The notes under the pieces are model-generated. The model was not told the DNA's origin. It was given only the letters and a program-made list of their open reading frames with translations, and searched no databases. A DNA stretch of 64,000 nucleotides, taken from NCBI RefSeq assembly GCF_009914755.1, contig NC_060947.1. One strand, written 5' to 3'. Positions 38,251 to 54,286 of the stretch are shown in pieces (position 1 is the stretch's first letter; the number at the start of each line of letters is the position of its first letter). This DNA is from the human T2T-CHM13v2.0 reference genome, Homo sapiens. Position numbers and translations under genes: made by a program.

Positions 38251-41200
38251 GTTAAAATGTGTGTGGCTTTTGTTTTTGCTGCTACCTTTTTGCCTTAGAA
38301 ACTAGACATTTGCTCTCTTGCCCTTTAAAAAAATCAGAAATTCTGAATCAATCTATCTGCCTATTCCATGTTTATGAGCTTGTTCCAAGGCGAATTGCTG
38401 TCTACCAAATTGCACAAGCTGCGACCTCCAGCTCAAACCAGAAATAAGCTGGAAGATATGCTCTGCTCTTTGGCATTTGAAGTCTGACAAAAGTTATCTC
38501 TATATATATGCAAGACAGGATAACATGGTCAGAGGAGAACTACATGTGCAGATTCTGCTTATTAGTGCCATACAAGCAGTAAAAGCAAACAAAGAAACAA
38601 TCACATTTTGAACCTAGCAAGTAGTGCATGTGAATGAAAAAGGGCTACTTTTCATCTGTGCTTTTCTCCATGAAATAATTTTAGATATTTATGAATTCTG
38701 TAGTGAAACCCAGAGGTAGCATGGAAATTGTTTTAATTAACAGGAGAGTGAACAACAAGCATATAAGGCTTTGTAAGCTGTGAAATCTCAATGAGAAATA
38801 CATTGTTAGGTCTGCTTGAAAATATTGCTTTGGAAAACCAAGCTCATGGCTATCTAAACTCTGTGATTTCACAAGTACCAGGTGAACCGACTAGTAGTCC
38901 TCAGGAATGTGTCTCTCAGTTGACTGCAATCTGGATGTTCACTTTTTGTTGGAGCTTCTTTCCAGGAGCTTAGGAATTTTACACTTCTCATTATTTTTCC
39001 TATTAATATATTGCAAGTACCTAGGTGTTATTTAAAATTATAGCAAAACAGACCTCTTGTCATTTACAAGTGAAAGTTAAAAACATTGAGATGATTTCTT
39101 GACAGACCAAGAGAAGTGATTCTCTAGGATGTTAAGGGGTTCAAATTCTTTTGTGAGAGGAGGATTTGAAAATGAAAAAGCATATGGGGAAAGAGAGCTT
39201 GAGGTTAGTAAGTGCCCCATGTAAGGGGTAAAAGTTGGAACCCAGAGAGGCCTCACCTGCTTCAGCATTTTCCCCTTATAGATACATTCAGGAGACGTTT
39301 TATGACTGCAGTGACCTTGGAAAGACAGGATTGCACCATAGACACACACCTGTTACAGGGGCAGCCTTTAGAAGTTTGCTTCTATCAAGCATCTGGCCAG
39401 CTTAAAAGAATTTTAATCAGGAAGAGGTTTATGAGGTAACATTGCTTGGACACTCTCCTCTCTGAAGCCCTTTTGATACCAAGCAAAAGGTTGTTCAGTC
39501 AATCAGTTGCTTATCAGGCCTATCTTAATTATACCTTGGAAATCAGTATGCAAGTTAAATTGTCGTTAGGCTGTTACTATACTGTTTTAGAAAGTGTGCA
39601 CTCTGTCTGTTCATTTCTGAAAGATTTTCTTCGTCCTGAGAGTCACAGCTGGAGTAGAACTAAAACCTAACACCGGCAAGGAAACCTCCTGCTGGGTGCA
39701 GTTTCCTAGCTTTCAGCATAATTATGCAAATCCATCTTTGACATTAGAGAAAGGCCAGTGACAATGTCAAGCAAATGTTATCCAATTTTCACTTAGCCCC
39801 ATTTTAGGTATTCACAGAGCTGATGTTCAAGCACTAAAATATGTGAGTCATTTAAATGTCTAAGGGAGTTTCAGTTTGGTTCCTGCTACTGGAGTGGTTC
39901 AATTAAAAGGAGAAAATCATCTGCACAAAATCCTCTCCACTTCTGTCTCCTCAACCAGTAATGGGGCTTTCAGTTTACGTGCAAGTCTTGTAACATTCAT
40001 AGGCAGTTTCCATGACACTCACCACTGTGAACTCTGCTTTTCTGGAATTAGGCTGTGTCTAAGTGTAACACAGACGCACCTGCAGCCAACCTTTTATTCT
40101 GATTGTTTTGTTTTGCTTATTTGTTTGTTTTCATATCGCTCTATCCAGCACAGCCACAAAGTTCCAGGAAACCATAACATCATGGGGCTTTTCAAATAGA
40201 ATAAAAAGGGTACGGAAATCTGTCTTATTGGTTATAGAGGCACAGAAATAGAGTCATGAACATTATAATCTGGAAACAACCATGTTTTCAGCTAGACTGG
40301 CCTCCACATTATGCATATGAGTTACCTGAATCCTGTTGCAAATGACTCAAAGTCTCTAAATAAATCAGGACATGGCAAGAAGAAGGATCCAGATTTTCTG
40401 ACATCCAATCCAGTGTTTGTTCTACTACATTACATTTTCTAGAAGATGTTTCATGACTGGGTGGCAGCCTTCCACAAAGGCAATATGGACATCTTTTTAT
40501 GCCATGAAATTAGGGGGATTTTCAAAACCTCTTGGTGAGGATCAGAAACCAAAGACTTACCCTTACCAAAGCAAGAATCTTGGATGTTTGCCTAACAACA
40601 GTGACCATGAGGAACAAATGACTCAGATGATGATATTTTTTAGAAGACTGACTATTGAAGAAGATTCCCACATTCTGGAGAAGATCAGTTAGCTTTGAGA
40701 GACTCTGATGGCTTCACTGATATAGGTTTCTCTGGTTGGTCAGGCTGGACTCCATGAAAGCTGTGGCAGCCCTGGGATCCAGGAAGTCTGGAAAATATGC
40801 ATAAGAAATGTATTGTGGGTTTTTTGGTCTTATCATAGAGTGACTTGGGATATTACCAGGGTTGATCACTGGGCTTTAAAAGGGTGCTGGCTAGAGGACA
40901 AAGAGAGTAAACCAAGAGGAATGGAAGGGGAGAATTAGATCAATATGGAATAGAGGATAATAGGACAAATGAGAGATGTAAGGGCAGGAATTCAAATAAA
41001 AGAGGCAGGGATCCTATCATAGTTTTCATAATGGGGCTACAGACAGTTGAGCTCTTATTGCTGAGGTAGAAATAGCAAAGCCAAATGGGCAGACTCTGTG
41101 ACTATTATAGACAGGATACAGGATACCAGAGACTAGATGTAGTGTAAAAGTAGAATTGCTGAGGAACCAAGCTCTGATAACCAATTCAAGAAAATGTATC

Positions 41201-41321
41201 TCCAAGTCTGAGCAAGAGCAAACAAAACGAGAGTTGGAAGGACAAGTCCAATGTAAGAACCAATAAAGCAGAGCCAAGACAATTATCTCCTGACCAATTT
41301 GTAGTGCTCTGTGTTGGTGGC

Positions 41322-41646
41322 TGTTATGGACTGAATGTGTCTCCCTAAAAGTCACATGTTGGAATCCTAATCCTCATTGTGATGTATTAGGAGGTGAGGG
41401 TCATGAGGGTGAAGCCCTCCTGATGGGATTAGTGCCCTTATAATATGCTTGCTTGCTCTCTCTCTCTCTCTTCACCTTGTGAGAATACAGCAAAAAGATG
41501 GCCAGGAAGAGAGCTTTCACTAGAACCCTAGCATGCTGGCACCCCAATCTTGGACTTCCAACCTCTAGAACTGAGAACTAAATGTTCGTTATTGAGGCTA
41601 CCCAGTGTATGATATTTCGTTATAGCAGCCCAAGCTGACTAAGATA
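41322..41646 (+). mobile_element. MLT1A/MST-type MaLR solo LTR
   Basis: tgttatggactgaatgtgtctccc...gttatagcagcccaagctgactaagata. Confidence 0.9.
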
Positions 41647-42888
41647 GAGGTGGAGTAGGCCCCAATTAAAGACTGCACTATGTGTTTTTGCAAACATTTG
41701 TATTTCTAGCACCAAGCACAGTGCCTGGCATGTAGTGGTTACTTGATAAATGTTTGTTCAGTGAATGAATGATTGAAGCATGTTTTCTCTTAAAGACCTA
41801 TTCTTTTGTGTTGGATAATTGGCCTGAGGGACAGAAAAAGCAAATCCGGAGGATGTGTAGAATGAGAAGAAAATGGCAGAAGGATGTGGGGGTGATGTCT
41901 GAGGGTGCAACTTAAGGGACCTGGATGGATGGATGCCTAAATGATAGACTTAGTGTAGTTTATTATTTTGCTGAAGACAAGCTTCGTGCTGCATTTTCTG
42001 TAAAATGAGATGATGTCTCTTTGTGAGCATCCTTTGAAGTTTGGAGTGTCAATGTAAATATGAATTATCGTCATTGTGCACCTTAATTGAGTCAAGATAT
42101 GTTTGTTCTTCCTTATCCGTTCCCTTGGGGATTTTGTGGGTACATAATGTGTGTGGGATATACACAGATTGTATAAATATGAATGTATTTCTTCTCTTTC
42201 CCCATTTGAAAAGGGCTAATGTCTTCACATTTCTTGTTAGGCTCATATGTCACTACTTGTATTCACATAAAAAGGGAGGCTTTAATGCCCTTAAGATCAA
42301 AGAGTACAAGTAGAGTCACCGAATTATCATGCCACAGTATTTATTGGCCATGAAAATTCAAAAGCACCCACGGAGTGTTCATAAAAGAGTCCCTCACCCC
42401 CTCAATTGTTAGTTTCTCTGTGTTTTCATGGCAAATTGCAGATTGACCTCAAATTTAGGCTCATAGGAGCTACTTAAACGAATGAATGGATGAACTCAGA
42501 GGTAATTATCTTGTATAGTAAAGGAGATGATTAGATTTCTCACTGGTACCCATTAAAGAAAGAAAATGAGTATCATAACTTTCTTCCAGTCAACTTCTTA
42601 TAACCCTAGCTGTTGGGTTATATATATATATATAATGTCCTTGACATTTGACAGAATAGACGGTTTGAAAATGAATCATTACAAAGCATTAATATTTGAA
42701 AAATCCAAATTTCTGCTGCTTGGATTACTGGTCCTTAGTTTAACCTGCTGTGTCTGGGTTTGAAGCTTGCCTTCCTCACTTATTTGCTGTTAACTTTGTG
42801 GAAGTTAATTAGTTTTTAAGGTCTCAGTTTCCTGCTCTGTAAAATTATGATAATAATAGTGTCTATTCTGTACAGTTATTTATTATGA

Positions 42889-43254
<366 letters not shown>

Positions 43255-43377
43255 TAAGTGTTTTTCATTATTATTATTTAAATTTTTTTTTTATCAGCAG
43301 ATAGATGGAAGTCTGGAAAAAGAGCTGCTGATTTTCTAAGAAAGATGATGAGTGTGTTTTTGGCAGATTGAGTTTAA

Positions 43378-43860
<483 letters not shown>

Positions 43861-44118
43861 TAGAGTGATTTCTTAAGATAGTAATTGAGTTGTAGAGAAA
43901 GAGATTGAGGAGAAAACTGTACAGAGGTGAAAGCTGAAGCTAAAAGATAAATGAGGGCACCTTGGGAGAGACTATAGAAAGAGAAAAGGACAGCAGGCCT
44001 GAACCTTAGAGACAATCCACATTTATAGAGTCAAAGGAGAAGCTAGCAAAGCCAGTAGAGGAGAGTTCAGAAAAATAGAACTAGAATACATCCACAAATG
44101 ATAGGGAGAAGATGGCAC

Positions 44119-44323
<205 letters not shown>

Positions 44324-44330
44324 GATATGG

Positions 44331-44583
44331 TAAGTGGGAGCTAAATAATGAGAATACATGGACACATAGAGGGGAACAACACACACTGGGGCCTACCAGA
44401 GGGTGGACAGTGGGAGGAGGGAGAGGATCAGGAAAAATAACTAATGGGTACTAGGCTTAATACCTGGGAGATGAAATAATCTGTACAACAAACCCCCATG
44501 ACACAAGTTTACCAATGTAACAAACCTGCACTTGTATTCCTGAACTTAAAAGTTACAAAAAAAAAAAAAACCTAAAAAAAAAA
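44331..44583 (+). mobile_element. Older L1PA (PA13-16-like) 3' end
   Basis: taagtgggagctaaa...ggatcaggaaaaataactaatgggtactaggcttaatacctggg, followed by polyA. Confidence 0.93.
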
Positions 44584-44844
44584 TTCTGATTTAGGATAGG
44601 AGGGTGTGGTTAAGGTGATGTTTGGAGATAGAAAGGAGAGGACATGGGACAGCACACTTCAGGTGGTCCAAGTCTCTTCTGTGTCTGGAGAGGATGAGAG
44701 TGTTGCTGTGGGTGGGGCTGGGGAATTGAACAGGAACGACTGGGAACAACGCTGCAGAATGTTCTTTCTTTGATCTGTGGGGAGGAGGTGTTGGCCAATT
44801 GAAGCTACTTGCATTCTGAAGTTATTTCTTAAGAATATTTTGTT

Positions 44845-45189
44845 TCCTTTCCTTTTTTTTCTCTTTCTTTCCCTTCCTTCCTTCCTTTCTTTTCATTTTT
44901 TTTTTTTTGAGACAGGGTCTCATTCTGTTACCCAGGCTGGTGTGCAGTGGCACGATCTCAGCTCACTGCAACCTCCGCCTCCTGGGTTCAAGTGATTCTT
45001 GTGTTTTAGCCTCTGGAGTAGCTGGGATTATAGGCATGCACCACCACACCCGGCTAATGTTTGTATTTTTAGTAGAGAGTGGGTTTCACCATGTTGGCCA
45101 GGCTTGTCTCAAACTCCTGGCCTCAAGTGACCCACAGCCTCTGCCTCCCAAAGAGCTGGGATTACAGGTGTGAGCCACTGCACCTGGCC
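44845..45189 (-). mobile_element. Alu (Sz/Jb-like) with C/T-rich tail
   Basis: Alu consensus. Confidence 0.93.
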
Positions 45190-46421
45190 TATTTTGTAAA
45201 CTTTTAATAAGTTTAAGTCATTAATACTTAAAGCTGGAGGAAGTGTAGATAAGTCTTTTAAGAACCAAGCAGCACTTTTTTAAAAAAAAAGTAGTGTAAA
45301 AAGTTGAGTTCTAAGAATATTCCTTATCAGTAGTCATTTTGGAAGAGCGTAGTTAATTTTATTTCATTATACTTTCTCAACTCTAAGACAATAGAATTTG
45401 AAACCTAGGAAAAGAGATGAATTAGTGTTTTCATGACTATAATTCAAATGCCTAAATTACTGTTTTATAGACACACACCTTGCAAATGTCAGTATCACAT
45501 TTGTAGCCCTGCGGATTCCAGGTTTTGAATTTAATCAGACTTTGTTAAACAGTTAACGTTTGTTAGCTTTTTCGTCTTTGGTGGGGTTTTTTTTTTCTCA
45601 TTATTTTTTTCGTTGGAAGAGAAGAACTCATTATGTATCTACATGAGAATAACTGGACTGAATCTGAGCCAAAAGCTTCAGCTTGATTTGGCCAAGTTTC
45701 CTTAGAGTTTTGAGATTCTTCTAAGAAGAAGCTAAGCTGATTTCAGCAATAGAACACTACTATAGCTAAGAACTGCACAACCATGAATCTCCATTTTTTT
45801 CTAGCATACAAATAAATGGCTCCTAAAAACATATATACTCATCCCACCCGACTAATATAATCTTGTAACCAGGAAGGGTGTATTTGTCAGGGGCCAGGTT
45901 CATGGGGAGGTGGGGTGGTGCATCGTTGGAGGAGTATCCTAAGTACTCTAGCATGAGGATGTTTCTGCTAGAAGAGGTTGCTTAGAATTTCCCTGTTATC
46001 CTACTTCAGCAGTTGTAGTAGTCACCTAAGAAATATTACTTTTTTTTTTCTTTGTGGCATTGAAGTTTCCTCAGGAAGTATAATAGGAAGTTAAATGGCT
46101 TTAACACCTAGATTTCATCCACAGGATCCCTTTCCGTTGCTTCAGTGGAGCAATTATTGTGAGTCCTGCCATTTTAGGTCTGAATCAAAATTAATATTTG
46201 GTGCTTTCTTCAGTTCTGGGATAGCTTGTAGCTTTTGTCTTGGCCAATTTATAGAAAAGCTGATTTTTTCCTGCAGTTTCTTGTGACTTTTCTCCTTGCA
46301 TTCTGCTCTTGGGCAATAAAAATATTCTTTAAGAACTTCAATATGTGATCTAAAATCTGAATTTCAATTGCTGAGAGTTTCAGGGTTTTTGCTTCTTGTT
46401 TTTGTGAGGCAGATATTTTGA

Positions 46422-47031
<610 letters not shown>

Positions 47032-48984
47032 CGATTTTTCTTTTTTTTTTTTTCTACTGCAGGTTTGAATGCAAGAATGTTTTGATTTAAGAATTCATTC
47101 ATCAACTGATCAAGCTTATTTTGAATTTGAAATTACTTTTTAAGATCTTTTTCTTTTCTGTTCAGTGCTTTTAGAATGGACACTATTATTATGACCTTTT
47201 GGGTATAAGTACCTGAGGCTCAGATACTGCCACATTTTATGCCTTAATGTAAAAAGACACAACTTTAACTTTCAGGCACATAAGTGCAAAGGCTGTATTC
47301 CAATAATTATTTCCTGCCCTCAGTAAATTTTATAACTGATCAGGTTTTCTTCTTCATTTTGGCCAGTAGATAGCTTCAAATCAAATTAGAAGCCCACTTT
47401 CAGTAACTTAATGCAATCACAGCTATGCATTTCTAGTCACTAATCTTCCACCGATTTTATTATTTTTCACTTACCTTGTTCTTTAAACTATTTATCTTTT
47501 CTTCTTTTATACATGCTTATAACCTCAAGTACTTTGTTGGAGGAGGTAGCTGACAAGTAAATATATGTAAGTGGTGCCTATGGTATGGATTTCCTGTAAC
47601 TTTCTGTTTTCTGAAGGACACTTTAGGAAATTTGTTATCACCGCAAATGACCAGTACTTCTAAGGATACAAATGTTTTCCTAGTCACTTCCTAAGAGGTT
47701 TCTGTACCACCTCTTACCTTTACAAGTGCAGACATCTCTGTGGAGTAGTCATGCTGCATCTACCTAAGGAAGCTTTCCAGCCACCTCAACTCTGTTATTT
47801 TACTCCTGAGGGTCAATAAGCTTGGAGAGTGGTCCTTGGAAACAAATGTGTGGAAAATGTCTTAAGTTAGGGGCATGCCATCTTACACTCATGGACACTG
47901 TTTCCTACTGCTGCAAGTATTGCAGTGTTCAGAGCTAACCTGCTGTTAACTCTCCGACTATGCTACAAGTTCTGTCTTTTGTTTTCTTGAAGCATAAATG
48001 CTTACTTTAACTAAGATAATGAGAGATTATGTGATCCTGCTCTGACATTTTAAGAATAAACTTTGAATGGCAAACTCTCTAAGAATGGTACCCCCTCTTT
48101 GAGAGGAATTACCACTCCATGACCTTGAGTCAGCAAAAACAGCATTAATATCCTCCGAAGCCAGAATGGGGGTTGGTGTGTCTGAAGTGACCTGTAGAAT
48201 TTTGGGGCCAGGCGCCACGTGTGTTCTGTTGACTCATTTGGTCATATTTTGGGCAGGATTAATATTGGTAACTGCTCTTTTGATTTAGAAGACATTCAGC
48301 AATGCTGTTTTACCATCTAGGACCTTTCTCTGTTTTAACATCTAGGACCATTTTTTTGACACTAAAAATGTAAAATAGAATCCAGTCAAGAGCTTTATCG
48401 TGCCCTCCATATACAAGGTGATTCTGCAGCATATTATCTAAGAAATCATCAACCAATATTGAGCTTGATGGTGCAACTTGGAGTTGTAAGCAGAGAGCTG
48501 TTGATTAGGATTTTGATACTTAGATCTCTGAACTCAAGGCAGAAATGTGCTTTTTAAGTTTTTGACAATTTTACCCAATATATTGATCTCAGGTGAACTT
48601 AATAAGGTGAGAGATGTTCAAGTGGCATATATTTGGGACCCGTAAATGGTCAGGAACATTGTATGAGTCTGCCCAGCATTAAAAAAAAAATCAATTTCAA
48701 GGTGAAATGGAATCTCTTGGTACACTTGACCTTATTGAGCATGCAAAGAAACAACAATAACATAGCAGCAGAATGCCTTCCCCACACCTGCTCCCCACAT
48801 TATTCAAAACATTGCCTTGCTTATTGGTAGAGTAAAATTCAGTAGGCCCTGAAGGGCACAAGCTGAAGCTTTTAATTAAGCCAGCAGTCTACATTTCAGA
48901 TGTTATTAAGGCCCAAGTGGAGGAGTAGGCTGATGGGGCAACAAGTGATTGACCCGGCCTATGTTGATTAAGAGTGGGTGCTGG

Positions 48985-49299
<315 letters not shown>

Positions 49300-49423
49300 A
49301 AGAGTGGGTGCTGGGGGTGGGGGTCAGCAAAGTCTGAACTTTCTGCCGGGAACAGGGTGGGCCTCAGAGTAGTCTATCCTGTTTTAGGCTATGTTTAGGC
49401 TATGCTTCTGACCTCTCTTGTTC

Positions 49424-49788
49424 CCTCTCTCTGTCTCTCTCTCTCTGAGTGTGTGTGTGTGTGTGTGTGTGTGACAGAGTCTCTCTCTGCCACGCAGGTG
49501 TGTGTGTGGTGACAGAGTCTCGCTCTGCTGCCCAGGCTGGAGTGTAGTGGTGTGATCTTGGCTCACTGCAACCTCTGCCTCCTGGGCTGAAGCCATCCTC
49601 TTGCCCCAGCCTCCTGTAGCTAGCACTACAGGTGCATTTCACCACGCCTGGCTAGTTTTTGTATTTTTGATAGAGAGGGGGTTTTGCCACGTTGCCCAGG
49701 CTTGTCTCGAACTCCTGAGCTCAGGTGATCCGCCTGCCTCAGTCTCCCAAAGTTCTGAGATTACAGGTGTGAGCCACTGTGCCAGGCC
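49424..49788 (-). mobile_element. Alu with (CT)n(GT)n tail and duplicated 3' terminus
   Basis: gtgacagagtctc occurs twice (~49471 and ~49509); TSD tcttgttc. Confidence 0.9.
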
Positions 49789-51270
49789 TCTTGTTCTTGA
49801 CCTTTAAATAACAATTTTACTCTGACTTCCTGTGTGCCTAACATTTTCATCTCTGGAAAACCACAACTCTATACCCCAATATCCATTTTAAAACCCAGGC
49901 ATTATCCAACAATGTCATACAGACACTCCCACCTGCACTTTTTTTCCCTGAATGTTTCACTTCTCTGCTTTATCCTTGACCACTGCTAAACTCAGATATA
50001 CCTAGTCACTGTTACTCAGAAGGAAGGGTCTGGGTCCTAAACACTCTATGAACACATGTTTAAAGTTTAAAGGAGTACATAATTCTCTGTGCTATGGCAT
50101 TCTGTTGCTAAGAGAGATCTCCAAAATATTTAACAACCAGAGTGCAACCAGCACCAACAGTCAAAGGTGACTTTGCAAGCCCTAAAACTTGTAAGGCTAT
50201 AACTGCATTATCAGCTGAATCTCAGCACTAGATGTAACATTTCTGCCAGATGAATACTAAAGCATTTTATTAATACAAACATAAGGTCAGTCTTCTATTC
50301 TTCCATTTGTTCAACAAATCTTTATTGCAAACCTACTATGTCCCATACCCTGTGTAAAGTACTGTTTATATAAGGCCTATGACCTAAAGGAATTCAAAAT
50401 CTAGTCCTAGAATTATAAAATATTTGGAAACTACCTTCAATATTCTCTTAAATCTGGAAAGATAAATACTCTGGGCTGATGGAAAACTCTCATCTTAATA
50501 GTTTTGACAATCTAAAAATGATAAGCACTGGGTTTTCCTTTGTACAAGATCATTACAAGATGTATTTGAGTGTTTTTTTTTGCAATTCTGGAGCTCCAAA
50601 GAGCTGGACAAGAAGAACCGAGTTAACTAAACCCTTAAGAGTAATGCCTAGGAAGGAGAGAGAATATCATCTGCATCACCACAAGGCAAAGAAATTTTCC
50701 TATCACCTTTGGATTTTTGTGCATTTCTTAAAGAGCATTTATTTCAAAGAGGATTGTTCTAAAATTATTTGGTAGTTGGGGAGCAGCTGAAACTACGAAC
50801 AGTAGATGAGAAAGAAAGGAGAACAAATATTCAAGGTGAGCACTGAGGAGGTTTGCATGCTTAATGATCAGGAATTATCCAGAAATCTTGTTTGTGTGTG
50901 TTGGGAGGGTGGCTCCCACCAGGCTGCAGCCAATTACCCAGATGTTGTGGCTGGACTGAATGATGTGGGAGGGTTTGCTCTGCAGGAAATGAGCTTGATG
51001 AATGTTCCTTTTCTTCAACATGTGGCACACTGAGCACATATTTGTCTTAGGATTTTATTTTTACAGCAAAGCCAAAAAGAGATATGAGTCTAATTTTTTC
51101 CTTTAAAGTGTCATTTACTTGGATGCCTTCTGATTAAGCGAGACATGAACAAAAATATCAGGCACTAGGAAACTCCTGGGAAAGAAATATCTCTAAGAAC
51201 TTTCTGGTTGTCATAAGGGCTTTGAATCTCTTAGAAAACCTAAAATTTTCTGGATACTGATTTGTCTTTA

Positions 51271-51527
51271 TTATTTTTTTAATTTTCATTTATTATTATT
51301 ATTATTTTTTAGTTTTCAGTTTTCTTTTTCTCTTTTTTGGTCTACTGTGCTTTGGTGAGCCACGTTTTAGAATCTGTATGATCTAATTTCCCCCATCGGT
51401 CCACTGAGCTGGCTGGCCCAGCCGCCATCTGTTTAAGGTGTCACTTCACCCTAGACCACAGCGGCTGGGCACACGCTCTGCAGGAAGAACAACAGGAACT
51501 TACCGGGGTTTTTAGGAAACGGTGCAA
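51271..51527 (-). pseudogene. Retroposed copy of an unidentified RNA (~190-nt body plus A-rich tail)
   Basis: Perfect 15-bp direct repeat actgatttgtcttta at 51256-51270 and 51528-51542, T-rich tail on the left, L1-endonuclease-like site cttt/aaaa; body not recognisable as Alu, L1 or a common small RNA. Confidence 0.8.
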
Positions 51528-52683
51528 ACTGATTTGTCTTTAAAACATCTCAAAATCCAAATTAAAAATGGTAGCTAAATAGTAAGCTGCTCAATAGATA
51601 ATGCTGGCTGCACGAGTGGATACATTGATGCGTTGAGGGGATGCATAAACACATGGGAGTAGATAAGGATGGTGCAACCTTATTTTTTTTTCTTGAAGAC
51701 AGAACATTTGAGAACTGCTATCTTTAATAGAATGTTCTCCATAGACATCAACATCTGTGAAGTTTTCATACTTTTTTTAATGAAGAGTGATCAATTGTTT
51801 ATTGAAGGCAGGAGCAATTTTGATCATTTCCTCTTATCAGAAAATTTTCCTTTTCCATAAGTTCTCTTCCCCAGTGATGAAGGAAAGTATATGAATTACT
51901 TTGTCTGATTTTCCTCCTGGGAAGACACCACATATACCGGCAGTAACCCCACTGAAGGCTTGGTTAGGGCAGTAGAGAAGAAATAAACAACTCCACTAAT
52001 GCAAAATGAAGATAACTTAATCATTGTTTAGGCTTCTTTAGCTGTCTTGACCATTCCTTTAAAAGCTTATCCATGGAGGAAATTAGACTTCTAGGTGTGG
52101 CAGTGGTCCCAGAAGTCAGCTACCAAAGTACTTTGCTTTAATAGTTTCCTCCATAATGGGTAAAATGCCTCCACAAAGAGGAAAGTTTTAAGCAAATATG
52201 GTAATCATGGGTCTCTGTACTAAATGTGCTGATGGAAAAGTCTTTTCAGATATTTCACCAAGAATAATAAAATAAATTCAAACATATTTCATTTAAAAAC
52301 ACATTAATACATTTGTTGTACTTTAGGAATGATACTAAATAATTTACTTTAATCATAGTACATCTAAATACCATAAATTTGTAAAGACCTGACTGTACTG
52401 AAAAAGAAAGGAAGTTATAAATTTTAGGATCTTTCCAACTGAGATCATATCTGTACGATGTTAATCTTAATTAAGAGATTAGATGTTTTTGTCCCAGACA
52501 AATCTATCTGAGGAAACTAAAGGGTATTTTATTCTATATACCCAAACTGTCATGTTCTTCAGAAATCACTGATTTCGTCCTTATAGGTTGCAGCATCCAC
52601 AAAATCCTCACAATGACTTCATCTCAGGAAAGAGCCTAGCTACCAAATTCTGTTTTCTCTGTTGAACAGGCACCCAGTGGTAA

Positions 52684-53022
<339 letters not shown>

Positions 53023-53399
53023 TGAGATATCCAAGTGTATAAACTTTCTTGATTGTGAATCTTCATGGAGGAGGTTCAAATAAATTTAATCATTCTTTGA
53101 GCACCAACTAAATGCTCAGCACTATGCTAGGTACTGCATCTGGGAGGAAAGATAAATGAAATCGAATGCTGCCCTGTTTATTTAGAGCACACATATTTGG
53201 CACCTGCAAATGTCTAGAATATTTGCTAACTGAAGTAAATAAGGAAGCCTCCAAGTGCAACCATTCTTTCCCAAAGTAGCTGAGAAGATGCAATGTATTT
53301 GGCTAATTTTCCAAGCAGAATAAAGGAGTGTTCTGTTTCACTGGTGATGTCTATACACGTCAAACCCTGATAGTATTCCAATTTTCATAAAATGGAAAC

Positions 53400-53957
53400 A
53401 AAAATTATGACAATAAAGTTTATTTTCACCAAAGTGTACCCAAACTCAGGCAAAATTTATAGTTTTGTACTATTTTTAGAATAAGATGTTTGAAAGGCTC
53501 AAAAAGTCAAGGACTTTATTATAATTTTCCCAAGGACTTCTCTTAATCCTTTGACATCCAAATCATTTTCTTTTGATGTATACTCCTTGTTAATTTTATC
53601 TTCTGGTATCATTCTTGTTAACTTTATTTTCTTCATTTGTTAACTGGTCTTACTGTACTAGATCATCAGTTGTTGCAGTGTTGCATGTGATAGGAGTAGT
53701 TCTTCAGCATCACTGAATGTTTTTGCAAGATTTGCAATTTGTTTGCATTGTATTGTCTGGCAGTATCAGAAAATCATCCAGAGACTGATCAACATAGGCT
53801 CATATTAAACAGGAAGAGGTGCTTTAGTAGAGGCTAATTTTAAAGGGGGTCAGTTCGTTAGTGAATAATTTGTGTTCTGATAAGTTGTGCTTCCCTTCAC
53901 ATCATCTTAATTTCTCAGACATGGATCGTGGATACTTGGATAATGAGGACTGCCTGT
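53400..53957. mobile_element. Possible old Tigger (TcMar) fragment
   Basis: Ends ttggataatgaggactgcctgt, resembling a Tigger TIR; left boundary uncertain. Confidence 0.35.
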
Positions 53958-54286
53958 CCTTGTGTTTTCTACAAGACATAGCAAATCTAGAACCTTTAAA
54001 TGAGATCAGTATTACTAAAGTGTCCTAAATGCAAACATTTTCTGTATTATTTTATTATTAAAAATGTACTTATTTCTTAAATTTAAGCCTTGGGTAAATA
54101 TTTCTATTGTTCTAATTGTTAAACGTGAATAAGTTCTGTCCTCTAAAGGATTATGGGCTTCCTGAAGGCAGGATGTCTAGTAGCAAAACATAGAAAATAT
54201 CCAGCATGATAGGGGAATATGTTTTGAGGTAGCACTCAGCCTAGAAGTTATTCTTTTCCTTGTCAAAATCCCAAGGCACCCTGTAA

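Noticed and set aside
51330-51470. H/ACA snoRNA interpretation of the orphan retrocopy (AGATCA box and a near-terminal ACA)
   Set aside because: Only ~30 nt and no solid hairpin between the putative H box and the ACA; not supportable without an Rfam search.
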